DNA of 58,654 nucleotides, filler included, from Basidiobolus ranarum (taxonomy: Eukaryota): assembly GCA_040143965.1 (NCBI GenBank). It is 7 parts of 7 records of this genome, joined end to end, with 100 filler letters (N's around TTAATTAATTAA, not from the genome) between each part and the next. Parts side by side here need not be neighbours in the genome. Positions count along the whole stretch, not along the records: positions 8,422 to 16,732 come from JASJQH010007861.1; positions 16,833 to 25,138 come from JASJQH010007862.1; 5 more parts are not named here. One strand, given 5' to 3'. Shown here piece by piece: positions 9,284 to 21,019 of this stretch. The notes beneath the pieces are model-generated. The model did not search any database. It saw only the letters and a program-made list of their open reading frames with translations, and was not told where the DNA came from. The position numbers and the translations under genes were made by a program. Positions within the stretch are counted from its first letter, which is position 1. Every line of letters starts with the position of its first letter.

Positions 9284-11526
9284 TCAACATAATACAGAAT
9301 TATAGACTTCAATTAATTCAGTCATGATTGGATGTTCAGTGTGAACAGTTAAATCCGATCGGGCTTCATACCAGAAGTCTAGAATGATAGAACAGGTGGA
9401 CATATCACATATAGCCTTTCGTTTTGGATGGATCCCATATGTGTCGAACTAAAGTAATAAATATGAATTGGAGAGGATTGTAAAGTTACTTTATAAAGCA
9501 ACATACCAACTTGGTCATTATATCCAACCGATTAGTGTCGCTTGCTATCTTCAAGATTTGCTCGATTGTAACGAAGTTGCGGCCATTTGTATTCAGTGAT
9601 CTCTCCAAATTAACAACTAGGCCATCAATTGAGAACTTGTCTAGTGGTAAATGACCTGAACAGTGTACATGTTAAAAGATGAATAATACTCAATATATAG
9701 CTAAAATGAAATTACTCCTTATAAACTCGGCGAAATTGTGGGTTGTCAAATTTTTCAAGTCATCCATCGGTTGATCTGAAGGATGCCCAAGCCATGAACA
9801 GAAAGTCAGTGGTCCTTCAAGCTATAGTATGGTAAAGAGGTTTAGTATCGGCGATGGATATCGAGTATATGAAGTATTGATCCCTACCATACACAATGAA
9901 GGATATTGTTCTATATTCATTATCCAAGAATATGGTTTCTCGCGCCAACACAAAGGTGTTAAAGAAAGTAACCAAACGCAATGAGCTTGTGAAATTGGCG
10001 ATTCTGGCATTTCGATACTTAAGATTTGATCGCGAAGATTAAGAAAATGTTCATAGCAACGAGGGTCTCTAGGTGGCCGACAAAGAATTCCAACTAACTG
10101 AGCTAAATATTCTGGATAATACTTTTTTGGTGAAATATTTAGTATATGCAACGGACAAAATAGATGAACAACTGTAACATACTCTTGGTAACTGATCAGT
10201 CAAAGAATCTTCAAAAAGGCACTGGTTCCATCCAACGAAAGCTCGAACCACACGCCAATCCGATGTTTCTTGAACTAATTTTACTAAAAATTCAAAAGCC
10301 TTTGTGCCCATGCCCGGGTTGTCAAGAATCACTTTATATATTAGCGAATTCTTGATAATATCTCGTTTGTCGCATGGGTTGAGGTAGCGGCCGAAAAGAA
10401 TGGCGTCAAGGACGCTCATGATCTAAATTAAGAAAGATATTAAAGGTAACAGCTTAGCAATCATGAGTTGTTGGCATAATTTGTACCTCATGTTCGAGAA
10501 CCAAAGACGAAAATAGACAGAGGCTACATGATTATCGGCAATTAATAAAGGGTCGCTTTTTAGAAACCTATTGCAACATCCATACCTCTTTCTCGTGCTC
10601 AAGTCCAGTCCATCATATACAAATTGATTTACAATTACGATTTCATGGATTAAAGCCTCCATTAAATCCTCATCGGGTACAATTGATGGGCTATCTGTCT
10701 CTTTGACATCACTTCGTGGAATTCCAATACATAAATTTAAAACTTTTTCCACAAGACGGACGGAATGAGAACTTGTGCAAAGGCGTATACAATCAATGCA
10801 TAGAACCGAAAGTAGTTCTGACTATATTTAGTACAAAATTCGTAAGATACTTGGTAGTAGCAAACCTAATTCAATTGTACTGACATACCGGAAATTGAGG
10901 AAATATCTTTAATGTGTCGTCAATAAATGATATCAATGTATTTATCGATTCGCAAACAAATAATTCGTCAATTTCGAAGGAAGAAAGCTCACAATCCTGA
11001 GCTATAGGTAGTGATTCTGCTATGCTTGAATTGTGAGGTTTTAATAAATCCCGAATCTTGTCCATACACCAGGAATTGGAGCTACATAAATGAAACTTTA
11101 AGCTGAGAGGTTCAGAGTAATATACGCCGATAAAAATTACCTTAGGTTCAAGTCAGCGTCTGCGCTTGTCGATCTTTCCTCACAATTATATTTACTTACT
11201 AAACAAGATATGACCAATCGACAAATTTCCGGGTGGATGATTAAAGATTGAACTCGACAAAGTGAAGCAGCAGTTTTTAGAGGATCATTTGTATTTTTTA
11301 CATGTGATTCAATCCGTTTTTGTTCTGCGTAATACTACTACCAAATGTGAAATTAAGTAAATTTATTTGCGGAAAATAGGTATAATGCTGAAGATACCTT
11401 GTCTAAATCTTTAAAGGCACTTGAAACTAGACTACGTTTCTTCTGATACTCTGATAGGGATTTGTTTGTGAAGTCTGGCGCACACTTCCATTTGCTGATT
11501 TCTTGTTCTATCTCGACCCAATTCAT
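9284..11526 (-). CDS. 10-exon gene, 560 aa, putative Fanconi anemia group C (FANCC)-like protein
   Basis: Hand-spliced exons: 11526-11398, 11334-11141, 11081-10889, 10821-10586, 10523-10487, 10422-10183, 10121-9888, 9821-9716, 9655-9507, 9448-9284. All introns are GT-AG and phase-compatible; total 1683 nt. Blocks match human FANCC collinearly (see findings). The gene model is well supported; the family assignment is by eye. Confidence 0.75.
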
Positions 11527-11960
11527 GAAGGTTTTGAATAAGGCTATATGCACCTCAACTCCGCCTCATCGATTATTATGGAGAAAATGTGGATGTAACT
11601 GATATATAGGGTAATTAGAAAATTGGATTAAATTGTCCAAGCAGAAATCAATTGTTTTGAAATTCAAGTTCGTGTTAATCATTACAACTCTACATATGAC
11701 TATGATACTTTGATTTAAAATATATATTGCTCAACCTGATGGAGTAAATCAAATTTAAAGACAAGACCAGTGTTTCCAAATATGTCATGCTATAATGAGA
11801 TTTCGAGATTTATGTCCTTGTATACATGCTGCAGAGGAACTGTGATAAATCAAATTCTCGTTAACGATAACTAAGCCACTACAGTATCTATAAAAACTCC
11901 GAATAATCCCATCAACTTCGATGATATCCAGCATTTCTGTGCAAAGCATAGCCCCTATTC

Positions 11961-12606
11961 GTGGGTTTCCGCACATACCAGAGCAAGATATTCATGAATC
12001 AATCGTCTTTCCAAATAATACCCACCTTCAGCCATCCTTCCATCAAAGCATTGGAATATGCATGCGCAGTTCAATTTCCCAATAAAGCAGAACTCCGGCA
12101 AATCCTGACTGATAGTGGACGTACAAACGAGTTTTACCATTCCATTTTACAGACTCAAGATAATCTAAATGAGCTGACTGAGGAGTACAAGAAAGAGTAT
12201 CTCCAAGGAATCGGATCGGTACTCGAGAACTGGGTGATTTGCACTTCCTCATGTTTTGAAAGCTCATAAAATGGCTCTCCATAGATTCCACTCGTCACAA
12301 TCCTCTTATCTTCTACCTAGTGATGAACATGTTATCTTAGCCATATTCAATCAACAGAATTTATCTCCACTATCAATTCGCAATTGTCCACATGGTCGCG
12401 GACGTCTTCTTGCTTGGATTAAAATTACGTATGAGCTAGAGCATGCAGTGGTGCGTAATAAAATCCTTGGAAACCGTAGTGTACGTAAGAATCGCAAGCC
12501 AAACGGAAAAATTAAGTCAAGCAGTATTACCCTCCGTTGGTTTCTCAGTAACTCTTCAAATTATAAAGAGAACTACTTTGCTACGAAGTCTTGCCCAAGT
12601 ACCTGA
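11961..12606 (+). pseudogene. Possible disrupted coding remnant divergent from the FANCC-like gene
   Basis: Two overlapping protein-like ORFs (11961-12269 and 12256-12606). I could not find a phase-compatible splice joining them, and I recognise no motif. Confidence 0.25.
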
Positions 12607-13208
12607 TTCTTGGAACAGTACCAGACAACATACAAAAGGAACAGGAATGTCGGAAAGCCTATATTCACGCCACCAGGCTGAAGCTTATTAAGCGAGAATA
12701 AAAAAAGTCCATCAGAACATGGTCATTGGTTACTTTTATCGACAGCTATAGCTTAATAAAGATCAAGTGAATTTAATATTAAACAAGCCATTAAGATTTT
12801 GTTCCCTGAATGCCTAAAAGGTCAGATATAGTTACACAATATCAGGCTTGACTGCAACTAAACACATCCAGCGCGGGAACAATTGTGTTAGAATTGATGG
12901 CTGCTACTGCCACCATTCCACTAAGGTTTTATTGTCGTCATATAATCTGACCATAATGCCTAACAATTAATTCATGCATGCAAGTAACTCCTAAAAGGCC
13001 CATTTTTTGGATATAATGGCTTCATAATATTTGTTCGGAAGCAGTAGTCAAGAATAGAACTGCTGAGTATAAGATAAATAGTGGATGTCGATCCACCAAG
13101 TTACCTTCTCAAGATATAACTCGTGAGTAGTTGAAAATATTCACCCTTGGATAGCTAAAATGATTGTTTAGAGATACCTCTTACTTCACACACAGATATT
13201 TCTTTCTA

Positions 13209-13958
13209 ATGTACGCAAACACCACGAACCATGCTAGGACATACAATCATGACGAACATCACAAGAGTCGGTCAGCAAGTCTACGTACAGAGATGACATC
13301 AGTAATCGGCGAGGATTGGCAACGACACTCTACTGCACCGACGACTCCACCAAAAGCACATAGGGGTCGCAAACCCATTCCAGATTTTCATGGGGGAATG
13401 CCTCAGGCAGGTTTATCTATAAATTACGATGAGACAGGATTTGGACCAGGCACAGTGGAGTATGAACTTGCAGCTGATTATTTAAGACAATCCATGGGGA
13501 CTGTCAATCGATGGACAGACTATAATCAGTATCAATCAAGAACGATTAACTCTAATCGGTCCATGTCTACACCATCCATCATGGTCGCTCCACCCACCCG
13601 CTCCAACTCACATTCCTCATATTCCCAACATCAAACTGTCAAAAAGAAGGGCAAAGAAAGAGAGACTTTTAATGGCTCTGGAATCTATGCGACATCTATA
13701 CAACAACAATTCCTATCCAGCTCTATTCCGATTGAGGATATCGACATAGAGCCACAGCAATTTATTGTTCCCGTAGGTGCTTTATTTTTCTTATTTGGTT
13801 TCTTAATTATGCCCCTGTGGTGGTTTGGTTCCTGCTATCCAAGATTCCCCAGCTCCAAGAGCGAGTACCGATGGAGATGCTACAATCGCATGATGTCTGT
13901 CGTCTCAGTGATTATTTTATTTTCCAGCTTGGCCTTTGCTACATGGGCGCTAAGTTAA
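13209..13958 (+). CDS. Hypothetical membrane protein (disordered N-terminus, two C-terminal TM segments)
   Basis: Long intronless ORF. The C-terminus ALFFLFGFLIMPLWWFGSCYP...WRCYNRMMSVVSVIILFSSLAFA resembles a fungal two-helix tail. Confidence 0.75.
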   Translation: MYANTTNHARTYNHDEHHKSRSASLRTEMTSVIGEDWQRHSTAPTTPPKAHRGRKPIPDFHGGMPQAGLSINYDETGFGPGTVEYELAADYLRQSMGTVNRWTDYNQYQSRTINSNRSMSTPSIMVAPPTRSNSHSSYSQHQTVKKKGKERETFNGSGIYATSIQQQFLSSSIPIEDIDIEPQQFIVPVGALFFLFGFLIMPLWWFGSCYPRFPSSKSEYRWRCYNRMMSVVSVIILFSSLAFATWALS

Positions 13959-14543
13959 AAGTGAATTATTGATACCAAGACATTACGAAGACTTTGAACA
14001 TGAAAAGAATCTTTTAGCTATTTAACTGATTATTGGCTGGCCAGAGTTACAACAGTTCTACACAATACGATACCACCTCAACCTACAAACACTGCATGAA
14101 TAAATTTTTACTAGATAGGCAGAATACTCCAAATGGTTTAACTGATTAGAAATATCGTTACAATGAGTGAATGGCAGCACAAGAGTAGTCACAATACATA
14201 CATACATATGACTCGAGAACCATTGTATGTAATTCTAAATGAAAGTACAGATATAGATACGCCTTTTGGATGTATGGTGAGAAGAGGATTTATTAATTAC
14301 ATGCAAGGGCCAGACTACACCATATTAAAATGTTACCAAGTATCTCTTCGACATATCCCGTAAAGTGGAACGAGGACAGATCGACTAATACTATGTGGAA
14401 GGATACGATCAAACGCTTTGTTGAAAAGACACAATAAACATATGTTTATGTAAGAAAATATAAAAATGCCGTGAAGGAATAAAACATGTACAGATTTAAA
14501 TATAGCGCTTCCGTTGAACCGCCGGAAATAACTCGGTTGAAAA

Positions 14544-15903
14544 TCATCTAGATCTATGCTTCTTCACGGATGATTGGCATTCTTTACAGTACCATGCGCC
14601 CTTTGGCGGTGCTTTGAGATCCACACATTGGTAGTGGAACCATTCGATTTCGCACTGGTACAGAAATATTGAAATGAATAAAGATATACGATGCCATGTC
14701 TAAGTAATTATTTTACCTCAGTGTTATCACAAGCAATCATTTCTCCAAAAGAAACTTGATTGCAATAGCAATAAGTAGGCTCATTCGGATCGATCGGAGA
14801 TTCTTGGACATTTACACTATAGGAAGTTAAATCTGTTCTAGCCTAATCTCTGAAAGCAAATATCATTCAAATAATACTTACGTTCTCTTAACTTTATCTT
14901 TGTGTACTCCATCCCGCTCTCTTCTGTGATGACGTTGCTCTCTAAATCCGTTATGATTATGAGGCTTTGAAGGTTTGTCTCGAGGCTTTTCTGTATGAAC
15001 GGATTCAACGTTCGATTCTGGTGTTCCGGAATTCTCTTTACGGTTACGTCTCCCTGTTGATAACACAAAATCAAAAAAGTAAATATCGAGTCAAAAGAAT
15101 GTGGGATGACTTTAAAGCAACGATGAGTCAGTCATAAACATGATTCAAAAGAATTACATGTTGGGGTGACCGAGTCATATGAAGCACTTTTGTTGCGAAA
15201 AGAAACGTAAAGGTTAAAAGGATTCCTTTCATTTGGAGTAATTCCTACCATTTCTTCTTTCACTACGGCTAACCTTCTTTTTACCAGAGGAATTTTCATC
15301 ACCGCTACTAGTTTGATTTGTAGGAAGCTCGTCTACTTGCAAAATAGCTTGAGTGTCTCCGTTATTCAGTTCATTTTCTTCACTATCCAAAATCCCTTTC
15401 CAATCTTTATCAAGTCTCTGAACATGTTTCTGAACCTAACAAGAAAGTAGATCAATGATTTTGTTGGCGCTAACTAACAGTGTAGTGATAATGAATTATT
15501 TACAGTGTCGAAAAGAGTATCAGCTAGCTGAACTCGCTCTGCCTCATGTATTAGGGTATGCTTAGCGTAGGCGTGTATCCTTTTCATGGCTTGACTTCGT
15601 TCCTTACAATTACCCAACGCAGAGACATTAATAAAAGAAGTGACTTCTCCGTCTAAATTAGCAATGAAATCTAGACAAAGAAACGCGGATATGTAAAGTT
15701 AGAAGCTGGTGATAGGCAAAACAGTTCAACAAACCAACATACTCTGTGAAACTGCCTCGATTTCTTTGAAAGAGGTATGAAATCGTTGAAGTTCTGAGGG
15801 CAAAGAATCAAGAGCTATTCAGATTATGATAGTTAGCAACTACTGAGTTAATATAAGATACTCTCTCAGACTTACTATCGTAATAATCACTAATATATTC
15901 CAT
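14544..15903 (-). CDS. ING (inhibitor of growth) family PHD-finger chromatin protein, multi-exon
   Basis: N-terminal [28 protein letters not shown] and [23 protein letters not shown] finger [51 protein letters not shown]. Confidence 0.93.
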
Positions 15904-16536
15904 AACGCTAGATAACAACCGTCAATCACCAAACACTCTATTGAGTAAAAGCTTTGTAGTAATAAAGTAGAGATACTGTAATATCAAGACAGTCTTCAGT
16001 AAAACTAACCATTGCTGATCATAAGTCCAAAATATGCCACTACTTTATCTTAAACTAGTAACCCCATGTCGAAAAATATTTAGTGACACAAGATCCAGGT
16101 TCTATTTCTGGTCGCTATGGGAGCTCTAAATCCACAATATCGCACTTAGAAATACGAAAGGTGTTTAAACCAGTAAACAAATTCACCTGAGTTTTGAATA
16201 AACCTTCGGATATTAGTTGAAACTAGATGTAACGCGTTTATGCAATGTGTTTATTCTAAATTTACAATCTGAATTTGACTTGATATGGCTAGCTAATCAA
16301 ATCAGGAATTACCGTCAGAAATTTCCTAAATTGGAAGAAGTAGCTATAACCAGTTACACCCTAATGACATATTCCTAGATTTCGACCATAGCCCACGACC
16401 AGGAGATCGGGAAAGGAAATCTACATCATAATATTTTGTTGGCGCACGTTTGTATTAACTTATGACTCAATATTGGGCACAGATATCATGAAAATGAGGA
16501 GTATCAATTTATTCGTTTAAACGGATTTGTACAAGT

Positions 16537-16732
16537 TTATTGAGCTTCTACAGGTTGCTCGACAGATTCAGTGGCCTCTTGAGCAACAGGAGCTTCAGCT
16601 TTTTTGGCGAAATCCTCAGAAATGGGCTCAGTGACGGCTCTCTCTTCCTTGGGTTCCATAATGGTAATCATATCAGGAAGAGGGTTCTTGGGGCCAATCT
16701 TGCCGGAAGGATCCCAATCCAACATGATCTTG
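16537..16732 (-). CDS. RPS3: 40S ribosomal protein S3 (uS3), 3' end only (truncated by contig edge)
   Basis: [30 protein letters not shown] matches the eukaryotic uS3 C-terminus. Confidence 0.92.
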
Positions 16733-16832
16733 NNNNNNNNNNNNNNNNNNNNNNNNNNNNNNNNNNNNNNNNNNNNTTAATTAATTAANNNNNNNNNNNN
16801 NNNNNNNNNNNNNNNNNNNNNNNNNNNNNNNN

Positions 16833-17760
16833 ATAGTCATATATAGCTTAGTACTTAGTTATCTTATAATTCACAAAGATATTATCCATTATTCTCAGTT
16901 GGAATTTACTTAGGATATTTTTACCAACCTAGAAGTTCTCAGATATACAGATTTTTTAAACTTGTGCTAGAAGCCCCAAACTTTGCACACATGTTCCTGG
17001 GATCTTTCTTAACACTTTCTACAAGTTAGTTTGCTTACATCTTGACAAAACTATAAATCTGCGAACTTCTAGGTTGGTAAAAATATTCTAAGTAAATTCC
17101 AATTGTGAATAATGGATAATAGCTTAGTGAAATACAAGATAACTAAGTACTAAGCTATATATGACTATATAGGTGTTTAGGCAATGCTAATCTCAACATC
17201 AACAAGTCCAGTCTGTATGATCCACCAGGCATGGACATACAGAAATGCTGAAGTATTTTGGGAGTTGTCAGAAGCAATTTGGAGAACTAGAAGAATTGGT
17301 GGTTTTCACTTATAGATTTATTGAGTAGAAATTTAACATTTATACTATTGTCAAGGAGCATATAAGCCAACATGTAGAAAATGTAAAGAAGATTTCAGAA
17401 ACATGTGTGCAAAACCTAGGGCTTATAGATTAAGTTAAAAAATGTATATATCTTTGAACTTTGGAGTAAACTTCAATTAAGGATAGTAGGTGATATCTAA
17501 GTGAGATATGGAATAACTAATTACAGAGTCATATATGACTAAATCAATGTTTAGGCTATGCTAATTTCAACAAACTGGCTATTCCCAAGTGTGCTTTTTC
17601 AGGTTGTTCATATGCTTGGCCTTTACTACACTGGGGAAAGCACTTGGAAGATATACTCTATAAAACACTACAAAGTGCTGTCTGTGTTGAAATTGGCATT
17701 GACTAAACACCTATATCCTATATTTCACTAAGATATAACTTAATATTCCCAATTGTAAAG
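16833..17760. mobile_element. Cluster of copia LTR copies in both orientations
   Basis: Plus copy 16833-~17060; minus copy ~17063-17198 (ends CTAATCTCAACA); minus copy 17246-17572; plus fragment from TGTTGAAATTGG at 17685. Confidence 0.88.
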
Positions 17761-19122
17761 ATTATAAGTGTTATATTGTCTTTACGTTAATACTCTGTAA
17801 TAGAAGCAGTTCTACGAAAGATTACTTCCATTAATCTAGCAGGAGTAAAGAAAATAAGAGGCGTTATGACTGATTAGTTAGAACGGTTGATATACACATC
17901 ATGAAGTAGCACTTTCAATATATCTGAGTGAGAATTTGCTCAGTAAGTAAAGTCGGTTAATACCAAATATCAACTTACTAGTCATAACATATTATTTGTT
18001 ATGTAATACACAATATCTGAATATACAGCTCTTCACAGTTGAGTCAGCGTTGCCTTAGTTGAGCTAGCATACATAGAATTCTGAGAGCATGACAGACTTG
18101 ACTAAAATGACAATTTGAGGTGCTCTCTATTGGCGGCTCCCCGATGTATCATAACTTCAGCATTTACCCATGTATTCGGCTATTTAGCTGGTTTGTTGTA
18201 GGCCAAGCAAATTAGATTAGCAAGGATAGGTTGTAAAATTAGTTAATACATGGACAAGCCAATTATAAACACATGACTAACACTGTGAATCAGAGAAACA
18301 AGGCTATTTTTACGACCTTTGTATCTTATTCATAGCAATCGTACGTTGGCGAGTAGTTAAAGTAGGTAATTGGACTGAAAATACAACAGAAGCGAATAGG
18401 GCAAGAAGAAAGGTGGGCTCTGTTTGGCCCTTTAGAGGAAACGATGTCTCACGCTAACCCAAAAAGCAGTGAGCATTTGTGCATATACGAAGGATTAATT
18501 CGAGCGTGGATATATGCTGATTTGTTTCTTCACACCAGTGCGGTATATTGGAATTGGGTATTAAATGGGGTATTTTAGGGGTAATGTCTACGATCTGCGC
18601 TAATACGCGATACCTTAAATCAATAAAAGGGTTCACTTTCCTCTTTTATCATCTAGTTAGAACCGTGTCCTTATTTTTAACTCTGGCCCATTTTTAGATC
18701 AACTCATTGAACATTGATAGCTTACCAGTATGGCGCATTCTGGCTCGGTTTTGAGAAGCATTTAAATTAACGATTTCATTTGAAATTTCATAAATACTTA
18801 ACTAATACACTATTGGTCGAATCCGAGATTTGATCACCTTGGAAACCTGGAACCGAGTGGAATGAAAGCTAACTAAGTGACAGGGGATTATCTTGATAAA
18901 TTTTGACTTGATCATCGGTTCATGATGAATGTGATGAGCCCTTACTTTCGTAGCATTCTGCAGACAATCAATTGAAAATTCTTTATAAGGACTCCATCAC
19001 CCATCAAATATTGCCATCAACAAAGCAATCGTCTTATTTGTATTTGATTCCTTTATTCAGTATATCCGCCTTGTGAACATCATTTTTATATTTACTACTA
19101 CTTAGAAGCTTTCTTTCGTGAT

Positions 19123-20295
19123 ATGTCAGTCCACGGTTTTCTAAACATAACAGACGACGTTATGGCTGAACTCAGTAACTCGTTGTTCACTGGTTTTGAA
19201 TCTGAAGTGTCATCTTCAGGCTCTTCTGGTCCTGCCACTCCCATCCTCCACAACGAAGAAGGGTTCAATAGTTCGGACGAGTCTACTGAGTCAGAGTCCA
19301 ATGCACCTGATGTCATTGTACTACCTAACGGAGAGCGTCTCATTGAACCCAGATATACCTATGCTTCTCTTATCGCTCAGTCTATTATGTCAACGTCGGA
19401 CCAAAAAATGCTTCTGCAAGATATTTACGCTTTCATTACCGAAAACTATCGTTACTACCAATTTGCAACCAAGCAATGGCAAAATAGCATTCGCCACAAC
19501 CTCTCTCTACACAAAGCCTTTCAAAAGGTTCCCAGACAAAAGGGTACACCAGGAAAAGGAAATTACTGGACTATCGTCCCGGAATATCAAAAGTTTTACT
19601 TGAACAACGAGCTCTCTATTCCAAAAGGGTATGAGATGAAGAAGACCAGCGATAAGAGTGGTGCCCGCTACAAGAAAAACAAGACCAGAGCAAGAGCTAG
19701 AACTCAACCTTATATTAAACCGGAAGAAAATTGCGAAATTCCCATTGGTGGTATTCCCTCCAGAGTTAAGGCAGTGCGTCCTTCTGAAAGTTCTACCAAA
19801 ACCCGCTCACTTTTACCAAACTTTGAAAACTTCGATTTGAACATTCTATCGGAGCAAATCACTAAATTTGCCACTGGCCAAGTCACACCTACACCTGCTA
19901 GACTATCTTCTATGACACCAATTTTACCTGCTTGCCCCGTTGCTACCAAATATATGAGTGCGCATAACTTTATGGTTGACTATACCGTATATAGGTTAGC
20001 GAAAGACTTTCTCAAGCTTCCTGAGGACCCTACACTTGATGAACTTCACGCATTAAGCGAAATTGTTCAACAATCAATGAACCTACCTCAAGAAACCGCA
20101 GATTTTGATCTTGACGCTGACATCGAAATACCAGCGGTTCTCAAAAACGATGTCATGCTCGGGTATGGAGCTTGTGAAACAACAGTTTCCCCATCTACGG
20201 GAGTTGCCTGTTTCGATGAAACGCCAATAGAATTCTCTCTTGACATGGCGGAGTTCATCAACCTTGAGGCATGTTCCGAGTTGAATGAATATTAG
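19123..20295 (+). CDS. Forkhead (FOX) domain transcription factor, intronless, 390 aa
   Basis: PRYTYASLIAQSI...LQDIYAFITENYRYY...WQNSIRHNLSLHKAFQKVPR...GKGNYWTI. Confidence 0.96.
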   Translation: MSVHGFLNITDDVMAELSNSLFTGFESEVSSSGSSGPATPILHNEEGFNSSDESTESESNAPDVIVLPNGERLIEPRYTYASLIAQSIMSTSDQKMLLQDIYAFITENYRYYQFATKQWQNSIRHNLSLHKAFQKVPRQKGTPGKGNYWTIVPEYQKFYLNNELSIPKGYEMKKTSDKSGARYKKNKTRARARTQPYIKPEENCEIPIGGIPSRVKAVRPSESSTKTRSLLPNFENFDLNILSEQITKFATGQVTPTPARLSSMTPILPACPVATKYMSAHNFMVDYTVYRLAKDFLKLPEDPTLDELHALSEIVQQSMNLPQETADFDLDADIEIPAVLKNDVMLGYGACETTVSPSTGVACFDETPIEFSLDMAEFINLEACSELNEY

Positions 20296-21019
20296 ATTGA
20301 AGTTCAATTCTTGTCCTACCGCAGATGTATCATAGTTGTCCTTGATGTGTTCGAACACAAATATTCCATCCGTATAGCAAATTGATCTTTGCTCGTGCTT
20401 ACATGGCTTGCCAATTGAGCTCAGTAAGCAATGTACATAAGCTTCCATTTAGTATCCACATTTTTTTGTAATAGTAGTTAGTGTAGATTTATCACACCAA
20501 GTGATATCTTCGAAATCCCATGATTTTATTTATACTCGTATCAGTATTTGCGTATATTTATCAATAAATAAGCAGCTACTTCAAGAGAAATACATCTTTC
20601 TAATCCGATCATTGTAATTCTATCGTAATTGCCCATCATGAGCTAAAATGGAAACTGATACGAAATATGGGCATCTAGCCTCATCTCATTCATCTACTAA
20701 TAGGTGTTCTTTGTGCGAAGCTTGAATTCGTTGCCGGATCTATGAAAGAAATTACCACAGACAGTCAAGAATCAATTGCAATTTTTTATAGGAATTGATA
20801 CACACACCATCTACGTATACTAGAGACCATTCAAGAAAGTGTTAGGCAAAATGCCTACAGCATAATAATAAGCACTTAACGCATTTAAACTATTATGGCA
20901 TATGAGTACAATGGCTGTAGCATTCACATGTTTCATACCAATCTTTTAAGAAATCAAGTATTATGTGTGCAGTGACCAATCAAGATGGGAATGATAAACA
21001 TAAAAGGATATTCGACCAA

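Noticed and set aside
10423-10585. ORF-track reading RYGCCNRF...RLWFSNMRYKLCQQLM as part of the FANCC-like protein
   Set aside because: That frame dead-ends at 10423. A 62-nt intron (10585-10524) plus a 37-nt exon in another frame restores continuity with the next exon.
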